A DNA stretch of 64,000 nucleotides from Syntrophales bacterium (GCA_963662405.2 CAXXKT010000001.1:768001-832000); one strand, 5' to 3'. Positions 42,070 through 52,329 are shown, numbered from the stretch's first letter. Made by a program: numbers and translations. The notes: generated by a model from the letters alone, not told the origin.

Positions 42070-42357
42070 TCACAACTTCAGCTTCTTGATCTTTCCGTGG
42101 AGGGTGTTTCTGTTGATCCCGAGAAAATCGGCGGCGGCGGTTTTGACATTATTGGAACGTTTCATGGCAATCTTGATCAGCCCTCGTTCAACCATCGTAA
42201 GGATTTCGTCATATAACCCTTCTCTCCCGTTCCTTTCGCAGCCGAGAATCGTGACGACCTCATCAAGCCGTTTTTCAAAGATCTCTTCCATGAGGGGGAA
42301 GGATGGTTCTTGCATCTCCTCTTCCATCATCGCCCGAATCCGCTCCTGTTTTCCCAT
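42070..42357 (-). CDS. Stand-alone Fis-family HTH protein
   Basis: LYDEIL..VE..LI..A....N...[23 protein letters not shown]. Confidence 0.85.
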   Translation of the reverse strand: MGKQERIRAMMEEEMQEPSFPLMEEIFEKRLDEVVTILGCERNGREGLYDEILTMVERGLIKIAMKRSNNVKTAAADFLGINRNTLHGKIKKLKL

Positions 42358-42404
42358 CTGACACTCCTTAAAGGGTAGCATATGGAGTAAAAGAAATAAC
42401 AATA

Positions 42405-42920
42405 CTAAACCACAAGCTTCAGGATAATGACTCCCAGGAGGATCAGGGAAGCAATCCACGAAGACACCACATCCGAGATCCTGACTACCGGGTGCTCGAT
42501 CAGATCACGGACACCCTCTTCAACCTTTTCGTGATCGACATGCCTGACGATGTCTCGAACAAGAGAAGAGAAATTCCCGTGAGAGTTTGCCAACACGTAG
42601 AATCCTTTTGTGGTGGTCAGTAGGAGATACGCCTTTTTACGCACGGCCAAAATGTCTATGTTGGTAATCTCCCGCCACCGGAGATGTTTTTCTTTGAAAA
42701 GTGTTCTCACCGTGACGCCATCGGGACCGATGGTCGTTCGGCGCCGAAGAGCCTGCAGGAGGAAATACACGGTGGGAACAAAAATGATCGTGAGGATAAC
42801 GATTTCCGGCTGAAAGCTCCTGTCAAACAGGGAGACGATAAGCAGGACAAAGAGAAAGAAGGATACCAAGGAAAAAGGGTACAAAAATTCCCGCCTGGTT
42901 GTATATGTTGTTGTTTCCAT
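42405..42920 (-). CDS. Membrane protein with bacterial PH-like domain
   Basis: Two N-terminal TMs, '[13 protein letters not shown]...LRWREI', C-terminal TM. Confidence 0.7.
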   Translation of the reverse strand: METTTYTTRREFLYPFSLVSFFLFVLLIVSLFDRSFQPEIVILTIIFVPTVYFLLQALRRRTTIGPDGVTVRTLFKEKHLRWREITNIDILAVRKKAYLLLTTTKGFYVLANSHGNFSSLVRDIVRHVDHEKVEEGVRDLIEHPVVRISDVVSSWIASLILLGVIILKLVV

Positions 42921-42923
42921 CGG

Positions 42924-43400
42924 TTACTCTTTTCTCACAAAGGTACCGCTCTTCCCACCGCTTTTCTGCAACAGCCGTATATCGGACAGCCTGATCTCCC
43001 GATCCGCCGACTTGCACATGTCGTAAATAGTGAGCGCCGCCACGCTTACCGCCGTCAGGGCCTCCATCTCCACCCCTGTTCGCCCCAGGGTCTTGACACG
43101 CGCGGTAATAGTAATCTCCCCCTTCCCCGGATCACTCGAAAAATCAACATCGATTCCGGTCAGTTCGAGGGGGTGACACATCGGGATGATACCGCTCGTC
43201 TGTTTGGCAGCCATGATACCTGCAATCTTTGCGGTTGCATAGACGTTGCCCTTGAGAATCCCCCCCGATTCAATGGCCTCCACGGTATCGGGCCTCATCA
43301 CTACCCTCCCGCCGGCGACAGCCTCCCTCAGGCTGGACGCCTTACCGCTAACATCCACCATCCGGGGCCTGTTTTTTTCGTCCAAGTGTGAAAATTCCAT
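42924..43400 (-). CDS. moaC: Cyclic pyranopterin monophosphate synthase
   Basis: SHLD...MVDVSGK, IPMCHP, TGVEMEAL, YDMCK, KSGGKSG. Confidence 0.96.
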   Translation of the reverse strand: MEFSHLDEKNRPRMVDVSGKASSLREAVAGGRVVMRPDTVEAIESGGILKGNVYATAKIAGIMAAKQTSGIIPMCHPLELTGIDVDFSSDPGKGEITITARVKTLGRTGVEMEALTAVSVAALTIYDMCKSADREIRLSDIRLLQKSGGKSGTFVRKE

Positions 43401-43488
43401 CAAGGCTTCTCCGTGCAGCGTCAGGAACGGTAACACAGGCTTATCATTCAGTCAAGCGAGTTCAGAAAACACAGCGGATATCTGACGA

Positions 43489-44574
43489 TCAAAACCCGAC
43501 TATCTTGCCTATATGTGTCGGTTTGAGCCGACGATACAACCATCCGTTGGCATAGAAAAATCGTGTCACCCACCCGGTCCGGCTGAGGAGCCTACGGGCA
43601 ATTGCCTGGACCGCCTTCTGCTGTCCCACCTTTCGATCCGACAGATAGATGGCAAACAGGCCACGATTAACCATCCGATGAAAGCGTGGTTCGGGCAAAC
43701 CGGATGTGCTCTTGTCTGCCTGGCGGAAAAAATATTGCAAGCGGCGGAGCATCTCCTCGTTGTTCGGGTAATACGCACAGAAATTCAGATCTCCGCCGAT
43801 GCGGTCTTCCTCCTGATCGATAAAATAATCTAAAAGAATATGGAGTCCCTGTACCCAGGGGAAGTACGCCTCCTTGATGCGTTCCGCCAAGTCCGGTGAA
43901 CAGCGATCATGAAAAGCAGAGGAAACCAGGCAGAAGATACCGAGCGTCGAGCCGCAGGATGCCGCAAATTCAAACCAGCTCATCTCGGGAAGGCCCGGCT
44001 GGTGAGCTTCGAACCACTTCTTGAGGCGCGGGACACGCTCCTCCTGCGTGACATGCTTGTGTACCTGCAGGTCACAATACCGATGCGCCAATTCGTCGAG
44101 CGCCGGGGCAATTGCGCCGTATGCGTGAATGCCCCCCAGGACCTCTTGACAGGTCTCGACGAGCGCTTCCAGATAGCCGTCATCGTCTTTCTCGCCGTGA
44201 AACCGATAATAATCCCCACTATCGGCGCCAGGGGTCAATGCATGAAACATCGCCTCGTGGAGGGCGCGGAAATCATGTGGATCCGCTGAAGTGCTGCGAT
44301 CGCAGAGGTTGTCAAGATAGTCGCTGATCGTCTGGTACGCGACGATGAATCGGATCGCCTCGGGGCATTCCGTTCCCGCCAGCAACCCATAGGCGCCCCC
44401 TCCCTCACAGTGAAAGGTCTTGGTTCGCATGCTGAGGAGCGCTTGTCGCCGGAGTTCGGGGTCCGGGATCCGCGCTGCACGTCTCCGCCATCCATCGAGG
44501 CAACGATGGACATGGGGGAGAATGGTCAGATAACCCCGCGCCATTATGGTATGCGGGGATGAGGGAATTACCAC
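43489..44574 (-). CDS. Tetraprenyl-beta-curcumene synthase family (YtpB/DUF2600) class IB terpene synthase
   Basis: KTFHCEGG, YQTISDYLDNLCD, LQVHKH, GSTLG, LHILLDYFIDQEED, DLNF; GTG start after AAGGAG. Confidence 0.88.
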   Translation of the reverse strand: MVIPSSPHTIMARGYLTILPHVHRCLDGWRRRAARIPDPELRRQALLSMRTKTFHCEGGGAYGLLAGTECPEAIRFIVAYQTISDYLDNLCDRSTSADPHDFRALHEAMFHALTPGADSGDYYRFHGEKDDDGYLEALVETCQEVLGGIHAYGAIAPALDELAHRYCDLQVHKHVTQEERVPRLKKWFEAHQPGLPEMSWFEFAASCGSTLGIFCLVSSAFHDRCSPDLAERIKEAYFPWVQGLHILLDYFIDQEEDRIGGDLNFCAYYPNNEEMLRRLQYFFRQADKSTSGLPEPRFHRMVNRGLFAIYLSDRKVGQQKAVQAIARRLLSRTGWVTRFFYANGWLYRRLKPTHIGKIVGF

Positions 44575-44758
44575 CGGTATCAGCTCCTTCAATACGAGAG
44601 GAAAATCCTTTGATATAGGAAACAAGGGATGGGTGTCAAGAGAAAGAGGACACACATCGGCCAGAGGTCTCTTCTCATCGAAAGAGATTGCTTTGTGCGC
44701 CGTATTCTGGTAATGCCACCTCGCGCTGTGTGGCACGAAAAACAGGGGGTGGTGGATC

Positions 44759-45637
44759 ATGAGATACGAAGGGAATATATTCAGACCCTTCAGTGAGGCA
44801 AACAGCTATCTCCTGCAGTGCACCATCGGCTGTTCGCACAACCGGTGCACTTTCTGCGGGATGTACAAGGACAAAAAGTACCGCGTCCGCGGTCTCGATG
44901 AGATCCGGGCCGATATCCGGATGGCGCGGGATTACTATGGAGATCGGGAGAAGGTATTTCTTTGTGACGGAGACGCTATCGCCATCGAGACCGACACCCT
45001 CCTGGGGATCCTGCGTGAATTGTACGACACCTTTCCCTCACTGCGCCACGTGGGGACTTATGTGGGGCCCCAAAGCACACTGAAGAAAAGCATGCCGGAG
45101 CTGATCTCCCTCCGCTCCGCCGGACTTACCAAGGCCTATCTCGGTGTGGAAACGGGCGACGACCGGCTCCTGGCAGAGGTCGGGAAAGGAGTGGGAGCCG
45201 ATGAGATGCTCCGGGCCGGGAAAAACCTGGTCGACGCCGGGATCAACCTTTCCTCCATGGTCCTCCTGGGCCTTGCCGGGAAGGGAAAACCATCGTACGA
45301 GCATGCTATTGCCACCGCCCGGATCACCAACGAGATGGGACCTCAGTACCTGGCGGCGCTGACGGTCACCCCCGTCCCCGGCACGGTCCTCTACCGGCAC
45401 GTCGAGGAAGGGAGGTTCGAGGTTATGGATCCCTTTGAGACCCTTGAAGAGATGAAGCTCCTCTTTGAGAATATCACCCTTGATAACCTGAGATTCGTGG
45501 GGGTCCACGCCTCCAACTACCTCCCCATCAACGGGACCCTCCAACGGGACAAGCAAGAGATCCTTGCAACCATCGATCGAATCCTGGGAACGAAAGACCG
45601 AAGGATGCTGCGGAGCGAGCGGACGCGTGGTCTTTAA
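44759..45637 (+). CDS. Radical SAM protein of unknown function
   Basis: RP.SEA.S..LQ.TIGCSHNRCTFCGMY, FLCDGDA, HASNYL. Confidence 0.9.
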   Translation: MRYEGNIFRPFSEANSYLLQCTIGCSHNRCTFCGMYKDKKYRVRGLDEIRADIRMARDYYGDREKVFLCDGDAIAIETDTLLGILRELYDTFPSLRHVGTYVGPQSTLKKSMPELISLRSAGLTKAYLGVETGDDRLLAEVGKGVGADEMLRAGKNLVDAGINLSSMVLLGLAGKGKPSYEHAIATARITNEMGPQYLAALTVTPVPGTVLYRHVEEGRFEVMDPFETLEEMKLLFENITLDNLRFVGVHASNYLPINGTLQRDKQEILATIDRILGTKDRRMLRSERTRGL

Positions 45638-45768
45638 AGGTTCCTTCGTCATACCTTCCTCATTTTGGTTTCATTCCCACGCGGATTCTGATAAGGGTCG
45701 GGAGGGAGTTGATCGATAATCGAAGGAAGAGTCCGGTTGCACGGCCTCACAATACAGGGAAATCATTT

Positions 45769-46071
45769 ATGGAAGAGGTCGTCATCGTATCCGCTTGTCG
45801 AGTCGCGATCGGACGGGTGCAGGAAGATCTGAAAGCAGCGCGGTCGCGGCACCCGACCCTGACCGCGAGGTATGAGGCTGTCAGGAGAGCGGGAATCGCT
45901 GCAGACGGTGTCGATGAGATCGCGATGGGGCAGTGTCTCTCCACGGTGCAGGGATCACCGCCAGCGGGGCAGGGGGGAATAGAGATTGTGCTTCCTTTAT
46001 GAGTCGGGGAGGCATCGTTGTGCGTCGGAGGCGGTCCCGCTCTGGTGTCGCTCCGAACGCAAAATATATAA
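45769..46071 (+). pseudogene. Thiolase (acetyl-CoA acetyltransferase) remnant: N- and C-termini only
   Basis: MEEVVIVSACRVAIG...EAVRRAGI...VDEIAMGQ, then TGA, then in the same frame ASLCVGGGPA...TAA. Confidence 0.8.
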
Positions 46072-46109
46072 GAGATGGAAGATACTATGAAACGGAAGGG
46101 TTACATATA

Positions 46110-46958
46110 ATGATCCACAATGATTTTTACCGGTTCCGGGGCGCCGATAAGTACGTCCTGGATGAAGAACTCGCCGAGATCGTGAATGTCTCGATGGCCC
46201 TGGAAATGCCGCTTCTCCTCAAAGGGGAGCCGGGGACGGGGAAGACGATGCTGGCCTACGCCATCGCTGAGAGCCTCGGGATGCCCCTGATCGTCCTTAA
46301 TGTCAAGTCGAGCATGAAGCTGGTGGAAGCCCTCTACCAGTACGACACCCTGACAAGACTGAACGACAGCCGCTTCGCCGACTCGAAACGGGATGTCAGC
46401 AATATCGAAGAATATATCAAAATGGGGAAGATCGGGCAGGCCTTCGTCGCGGACGGGAGGGTCGTTCTCCTGATTGACGAGATCGACAAGGCCGACACGG
46501 ACTTCCAGGATGACATGCTGGATGTCCTGGACCAGATGGAATTCGATATCATTGAGGTGGACAAGACCATTTCAGCGAAACACCGGCCCGTCATCATCAT
46601 CACCTCCAATGCGAAGAAAGATCTGTCCGATCCTTTCTTGGGACGTTGCAACTTCCACCATATAGCCTTCCCGGGGGAGGACACGATGCGCCGGATTATC
46701 GGGGTCCACTTTCCCGACCTGGGGCGTGACATCACGGATGCCTGCCTCAAGACCTTCTACAATCTGCGGAAGTTGGATGGGGTCGAGAAAAAACCCGCCA
46801 CCCGAGAATTGATCAACTGGATCAGGGCGTTGAAAGCCGACCCCGACTTCAAGATTTCGCTCCTCGAACGGGGAGATGTCCCCTATCTGGGGGTCCTGTA
46901 CAAGAAAAGCCCGGATCTGAAGATTGCGAGCAGCGCCATCGGCCGGAACCGCCGATAA
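46110..46958 (+). CDS. MoxR-family AAA+ ATPase
   Basis: PLLLKGEPGTGKT, LIDEIDKAD, ITSN, KKPATRE. Confidence 0.9.
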   Translation: MIHNDFYRFRGADKYVLDEELAEIVNVSMALEMPLLLKGEPGTGKTMLAYAIAESLGMPLIVLNVKSSMKLVEALYQYDTLTRLNDSRFADSKRDVSNIEEYIKMGKIGQAFVADGRVVLLIDEIDKADTDFQDDMLDVLDQMEFDIIEVDKTISAKHRPVIIITSNAKKDLSDPFLGRCNFHHIAFPGEDTMRRIIGVHFPDLGRDITDACLKTFYNLRKLDGVEKKPATRELINWIRALKADPDFKISLLERGDVPYLGVLYKKSPDLKIASSAIGRNRR

Positions 46959-46982
46959 AAAAGATTCACAGGAGCGCATGCG

Positions 46983-48176
46983 GTGTTTATCAGTTTCTTC
47001 TATAACCTCAGAGATCGGGGCATCCCGGTCACGCCGACCTCTTTCCTCAGGCTGCAGCGTGCCCTGCGACTGGGGACCGTGCGGTCCCTGAACAACTTCT
47101 ATGTCGTTGCCCGTACTCTCTTAGTCAAAAGCGAACGGTACTTCGACATATATGACCAGGTCTTCGCGCACCACTTCGAAGGGGTAGACCTTCCCGACCT
47201 TGATGAAATCGAACTCGGCGAGATGGCAAAGCTCCTTCTCGATGAATGGCTGAAAAATCCGGAGGGAGTCGCCGCCGCCCTCGGTGTCAACGAGGAAGAC
47301 CTGCAGAAGCTGACCCCCGAGGAACTGGAACGGTACTTCCTCGATCGCCTCAAGGACCAGACGGAGGCCCATCATGGGGGAAACAAGTGGATCGGAACCG
47401 GCGGCACCTCACCGGTGGGACACTCCGGTTTTCACCCCGGGGGGATGCGGGTGGGAGGAACCTCGCAGAACAAATCGGCGACCAAGGTAGCCCTTGATCG
47501 GCGTTATCGTGATTACTCGCAGGAAGGTCCCCTGACCCAGTCACAGATGGGAGAAGCGCTCAAGAAGCTCCGCCGGATGGTTCCCGCCGGGCCGCTGGAT
47601 GTAGTGAACGTGGACAAAACGATCTACCAGACGATGAAGAATGCCGGAGAAATCGAGATCATCTTTGACCGCCGCCTCATGGACCGACTGAAGGTTATCC
47701 TGATGATCGATAACGGCGGCTGGTCGATGGATCCCTATATACCCCTGGTGCAGACCCTGTTCGATTACGCCCGCAACCAGTTCAAGGACCTCAAGACCTA
47801 CTTCTTTCACAATACCATCTACGACCGGGTCTGGGCCGATGCCGCGCGATACCGAAAATCGGAGTTGATCACTGATTTAGTCAAGAAAGATCCCGATACG
47901 CGGATCGTCATTGTGGGAGATGCCAGCATGGCACCCTACGAGTTGATGAACGGGGGAGGATCGATCTACTTCGGGGAGCGGACGCGGACGGCCAGCATCG
48001 AAAACCTGCATTTCCTCTCCCAGACCTTTCGCCATACGGTCTGGCTGAATCCGGTTTCCCGATACGAGTGGTCGGGGACCTGGACCATCGACCAGATCCG
48101 ACGTGTCTTCCCCATGTTCGAACTGACGCTCGACGGGCTGGATGGGGCCGTCAGCCACCTCATGTCACGCAACTGA
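46983..48176 (+). CDS. VWA/CoxE-like partner of the MoxR ATPase
   Basis: HHGGNKWIGTGGTSP, MIDAS-like DNGGWSM, FFHN, VGDASMAPYEL, WLNP. Confidence 0.85.
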   Translation: MFISFFYNLRDRGIPVTPTSFLRLQRALRLGTVRSLNNFYVVARTLLVKSERYFDIYDQVFAHHFEGVDLPDLDEIELGEMAKLLLDEWLKNPEGVAAALGVNEEDLQKLTPEELERYFLDRLKDQTEAHHGGNKWIGTGGTSPVGHSGFHPGGMRVGGTSQNKSATKVALDRRYRDYSQEGPLTQSQMGEALKKLRRMVPAGPLDVVNVDKTIYQTMKNAGEIEIIFDRRLMDRLKVILMIDNGGWSMDPYIPLVQTLFDYARNQFKDLKTYFFHNTIYDRVWADAARYRKSELITDLVKKDPDTRIVIVGDASMAPYELMNGGGSIYFGERTRTASIENLHFLSQTFRHTVWLNPVSRYEWSGTWTIDQIRRVFPMFELTLDGLDGAVSHLMSRN

Positions 48177-48197
48177 TGTGATGACTCATCCGAAAGA

Positions 48198-48944
48198 CTA
48201 TAGGATCTGGTTGAGAAACAGCTTGGTTCGTTCCTGGATGGGATTCGTGAAGAAGTGTTCGGGGGTTCCCTCCTCGATGATCGTCCCGTAATCCATAAAG
48301 ATGACCCGGTCCGCCACCTCACGGGCAAAGCCCATCTCATGCGTAACGACGATCATTGTCATCCCCTCTTTCGCCAGCTTGGTCATGACATCGAGGACCT
48401 CCCCGATCATCTCGGGATCCAGCGCCGATGTGGGCTCGTCAAAGAGCATGATCTTGGGTTTCATCGCCAGGGCCCGCGCGATGGCAACTCGTTGCTGCTG
48501 TCCCCCGGAGAGCTTGTCGGGATACTCATCCACCTTATCGATAATCCCCACCTTACCCAAGAGTTCGCGTGATATCTCCGAGGCCTCTTTCTTGGAGCGT
48601 TTGCGAACAACGAGCTGTGCAAGGTTGACGTTGTCCAAAACGGTCTTGTGGGGAAAGACATTGAAGGACTGGAAAACCATCCCGATCTCCTCGCGAACCT
48701 TGTTGATGTCTGTCCCCGGATCACCGATATCGATCCCGTCGACGACGATACGGCCGTGATCGATCCGCTCAAGCTGGTTGATCGAGCGGAGCAGCGTGCT
48801 CTTGCCGGAGCCGCTCGGCCCGATGAGGACCAGCTTTTCGCCGTCGAGGACATCCAGCGAGACGTTGTCCAAGGCCTTCAACTGACCGAAAAACTTGTAC
48901 ACCTCCCGCATCTCGACCATGACCGCGTTGTTATCTGTTGACAC
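48198..48944 (-). CDS. Polar amino-acid ABC transporter ATPase
   Basis: [42 protein letters not shown]. Confidence 0.95.
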   Translation of the reverse strand: MSTDNNAVMVEMREVYKFFGQLKALDNVSLDVLDGEKLVLIGPSGSGKSTLLRSINQLERIDHGRIVVDGIDIGDPGTDINKVREEIGMVFQSFNVFPHKTVLDNVNLAQLVVRKRSKKEASEISRELLGKVGIIDKVDEYPDKLSGGQQQRVAIARALAMKPKIMLFDEPTSALDPEMIGEVLDVMTKLAKEGMTMIVVTHEMGFAREVADRVIFMDYGTIIEEGTPEHFFTNPIQERTKLFLNQIL

Positions 48945-49740
48945 CGACCTTGTCCTCCATGATGCTGACCAGTTTCGATAAAAAGAGCGTAATGATCAGG
49001 TAGACGAGAGCGACCATCGTATAGGTCTCGAAGTAGTTGAACGATTCCGCTGCGAATTCGCGTCCCCTCCGCAAGAGGTCGGACACGGCGAGGATCGAGA
49101 CCAGGGAGGAGTCCTTCAGGAGAGCTACGAACTCGTTGCCGATGGGGGGGAGGATGGTCTTGACCGCTTGCGGGAGGATCACATGACGCATTGCCTGTGA
49201 CGAGTTCATCCCGAGGGACCGGGCTGCCTCCATCTGCCCGCCGGAGATAGATTCGATCCCGGCCCGAAAGATCTCACCCATATACGCCCCGTAGCAGACG
49301 GCCATCGCGATGATCGCGCTGGCCGTAGCGGGGACATTGATAATACGACCCAAGGCGAAGTAAATGTAGAACAGCTGAACGAGAAGGGGAATCCCCCGGA
49401 TGATCTCCACATACAGCGACGCGATCCCGCTCAGTATCCGGTTCTTCGATATCCTCCCGAGACCGGTAAAGAGCCCGATGATCAGGGCGAGGACGATTGC
49501 TGCTATGGTGACCTGAAAGGTGACCAGGATCCCATCCGGAAGAAATTTCAATATCCTCCAGTAGGGATCCGGGCTCGTAATAACCAGATAGGCAACGATG
49601 GTAATGGCGCCTATGAACGAAACCCTCCACGCCGTAAAGAGTCCCAAATCTCCCTTCGTGGGAATTGCCGCACCATCACTCACCGCTATGACCGGCCGCG
49701 AAGAATCTTCTCCCTTTGTGGTATTTTTTATCTCAGCCAC
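48931..49740 (-). CDS. Polar amino-acid ABC transporter permease
   Basis: [35 protein letters not shown]. Confidence 0.95.
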   Translation of the reverse strand: MAEIKNTTKGEDSSRPVIAVSDGAAIPTKGDLGLFTAWRVSFIGAITIVAYLVITSPDPYWRILKFLPDGILVTFQVTIAAIVLALIIGLFTGLGRISKNRILSGIASLYVEIIRGIPLLVQLFYIYFALGRIINVPATASAIIAMAVCYGAYMGEIFRAGIESISGGQMEAARSLGMNSSQAMRHVILPQAVKTILPPIGNEFVALLKDSSLVSILAVSDLLRRGREFAAESFNYFETYTMVALVYLIITLFLSKLVSIMEDKVGVNR

Positions 49741-50483
49741 TTCTTTTCCAACTGCTTGTCGATACCCTTTGCCTGGACGGCCTTGATGCCTTCGTTGATC
49801 AGATTAAGCAATTTCTTGTCGTCCTTCTGTACCACGATGCCGTAGTATTCAGTTGTCAGGATATCACCGACGATCTTGAACTTCGCCTTGTACTCCTCCT
49901 GCTGGAGGGCGTACTGCGCGGCCACCGGGGTGTCGCAGACAACGCCGGCGATGCGCCCCGTCGCCATATCTTCAAAGGCCAGGCCAATCTCGTCGTAGCT
50001 TTTGAGTTCGACGCCTGCCACCTTGCTGATCTCACGGGCACCCGTCGTGCCGATCTGGGCGCCTGCACTTTTCCCCTTCAGGTCGGCAATCATGACGGCA
50101 TCTGATTCCTTGGGGACGATTAGAACCTGCCCCGCATTGATGTAGGGCTCGGAAAAACTCATCGTCTTTTTCCGCTCTTCGGTAATGGTAACGGAGGAGA
50201 TAATGGCATCATACTTACCGACGGCTATACCGGCAAAGATCCCGTCCCACGCAGTGTTCTTGAACTCCACCGTGAACCCCGCCTCCTTTGCCACGGCATT
50301 CATAAAGTCGATATCGAAACCGACAATGTTCTTGTTCGCGTCCACCATCTCCATCGGAGGCCAGGTAGCGTCCGTAGCGCAGGTAATGGAGGTGGTATCC
50401 GCTCCGCACTGACTCCCGCCTATCGAAAACGCAACGAATCCGGCTATTACTAATAAACTTAGTATTATACTACGATTTCTCAT
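49728..50483 (-). CDS. Polar amino-acid ABC transporter substrate-binding protein
   Basis: Signal peptide, DATWPPME, GFDID, WDGI, ITEERKK..FSEPY. Confidence 0.93.
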   Translation of the reverse strand: MRNRSIILSLLVIAGFVAFSIGGSQCGADTTSITCATDATWPPMEMVDANKNIVGFDIDFMNAVAKEAGFTVEFKNTAWDGIFAGIAVGKYDAIISSVTITEERKKTMSFSEPYINAGQVLIVPKESDAVMIADLKGKSAGAQIGTTGAREISKVAGVELKSYDEIGLAFEDMATGRIAGVVCDTPVAAQYALQQEEYKAKFKIVGDILTTEYYGIVVQKDDKKLLNLINEGIKAVQAKGIDKQLEKKWLR

Positions 50484-50634
50484 GTCATCCTCCTTCGCTC
50501 AGAAGCTCGCTATCGTTGGCAGTAGTTACTATTGGGGGGGGGTATTGTCAAGATAAAAACCGGGGCATATTGAGGGTTGCTTTTTAAAAAACCAAGGGAT
50601 ATAAGCCGATTCTGCCTCAAGGAGGGCAAGGGGT

Positions 50635-51543
50635 ATGGTATACATGCCGAGGGAAATACACAGACTGGGAGCGGATCTCCTCCTCCTCATTACCACCTTG
50701 TTCTGGGGCGTGACCTTTGTCGTGGTCAAACAGGCCGTGGAGCAGGTGGGAGTGTTTCTCTTCCTGGCGCAACGGTTCGGCCTGGCCTTTCTGATTCTCT
50801 TGGTGATCTGTCTGATCGCGAGACGTCCCTTCGGGAAAGGGTGCCTCGCGAGAAGCGCCTTTCTCGGGATCCTGCTCTTCGGGGCCTTCGCCTTTCAGAC
50901 CATGGCCCTTGTATATACCACCGCCTCGAACACCGCCTTCTTGACGGGGCTCAATGTCGTCCTCGTTCCGGTCATGGGGGCCCTCTTGTTCGGGCATTCC
51001 GTGGGGGGTAACCTCAAGCTGGGTGTGGCCCTGGCCACTGCGGGACTGTTTCTCCTCTGCACCAACGGCGACTGGAGCTTTAACCGGGGCGACATCCTCG
51101 GGATCTCTTGTGCGGTCTGTGTTGCACTCCATCTCGTTTTCACCGGTAGGTACGCACGGGAAAGCGATGTCTACTGGTTGACGACGATACAGATCGGGAT
51201 CGTGGCCCTCTTGAGTTCCTTGGTCGTGTGGGGCACTGGGGGTACAGTCCGGGCCTGGCATCCTGAGATACTGCAGGCACTCGTGATCTGTGTTCTTTTT
51301 GCGACGATCTTCGCCTACCTGGTCCAGACCTCTATGCAACGCTTCGCCACACCCACACACACGGCATTGATCTTCTGCATGGAGCCGGTATTCGCGGCGC
51401 TCTACGCCTACTGGGCTATCGGTGAACGGTTCGGCGCACGGGGACTGATCGGCGCTGCCTGCATCCTTGCCGGGATGATTATCTCCGAGGTCTCTTTCCC
51501 GGGTCAATTCTTCAGGAAGGGACGCGCCGGTGAATTAGACTAG
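50635..51543 (+). CDS. EamA/DMT-family transporter
   Basis: FWGVTFVVVK, TTASNTAFLTG, GD, EPVFA; about 10 TMs. Confidence 0.9.
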   Translation: MVYMPREIHRLGADLLLLITTLFWGVTFVVVKQAVEQVGVFLFLAQRFGLAFLILLVICLIARRPFGKGCLARSAFLGILLFGAFAFQTMALVYTTASNTAFLTGLNVVLVPVMGALLFGHSVGGNLKLGVALATAGLFLLCTNGDWSFNRGDILGISCAVCVALHLVFTGRYARESDVYWLTTIQIGIVALLSSLVVWGTGGTVRAWHPEILQALVICVLFATIFAYLVQTSMQRFATPTHTALIFCMEPVFAALYAYWAIGERFGARGLIGAACILAGMIISEVSFPGQFFRKGRAGELD

Positions 51544-52329
51544 GGGCACGTTTCTCTCTAAGGTAATCGCGTAAAGAATAATGCCGGCGGCGATCGACAG
51601 ATTGAGAGACTCGACCTTCCCCCGCCCCGGGATCGTTATCAATTGGTCAGCACCGCGCTCCAACTCCTCCGAAAGACCGCCCGCTTCCTGTCCCAACATC
51701 ACAATCGTTCTGTCGACCTTTTGCAACGCATCCGGTGAATCGCCCCCCCGCGGGACCATTGCCACCATTCGGAACCCCATATCCCCGGCAAACCGTTGGA
51801 TCTGTTCGAAATCGACAGAGCGGTACACCTTCGTTTTGAAGATTGCCCCCGCGGACGCCCGTATTGCCTTCGTATTGAAGGGATCTACACAAGAGGGACT
51901 CAGGATCAGCTGTTCGATCCCGAACCAGGCGGCTGTGCGGATAATCGTCCCCAGGTTTCCCGGGTCGGAGATACGGTCGAGGTACAGCAGGGTAGCGGAA
52001 GCTGCTTTCACCGAGCCCTCAAAATCAAAGCCTCCCCGACGACAGACCATGACAATCCCTTGCGGTGTCTTCTCCGTGGAGAGCTCCTTCAGGACACTAT
52101 CGGAGCATTCGTAAACGGGAAAGGCACCGGGGAGAAGAGCGGCAGCCATCTCCCGGTGAGTGCGATCCGTCATGACCTCAACGATGGGATGGACGGTCGT
52201 TTCAACGGCCGCTTCAAGGGCATTGAACCCCTCGGCGATGAAGACCCCTTCCTTCTCCCGAACACTTTTGTGGTGCAGGCTCCGAATCCACTTCCGGTGA
52301 CGGGTTGACAGCGGCGCTTCTTTTCCCAT
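51535..52329 (-). CDS. TrmH/SpoU-family RNA methyltransferase
   Basis: DPGNLGTIIRTA, RASAG, GQEAGG, ESLNLSIA. Confidence 0.92.
   Translation of the reverse strand: MGKEAPLSTRHRKWIRSLHHKSVREKEGVFIAEGFNALEAAVETTVHPIVEVMTDRTHREMAAALLPGAFPVYECSDSVLKELSTEKTPQGIVMVCRRGGFDFEGSVKAASATLLYLDRISDPGNLGTIIRTAAWFGIEQLILSPSCVDPFNTKAIRASAGAIFKTKVYRSVDFEQIQRFAGDMGFRMVAMVPRGGDSPDALQKVDRTIVMLGQEAGGLSEELERGADQLITIPGRGKVESLNLSIAAGIILYAITLERNVPLV

Noticed and set aside
45998..46004. In-frame TGA as selenocysteine in the thiolase relic
   Set aside because: Not at a catalytic Cys position, and most of the enzyme is deleted
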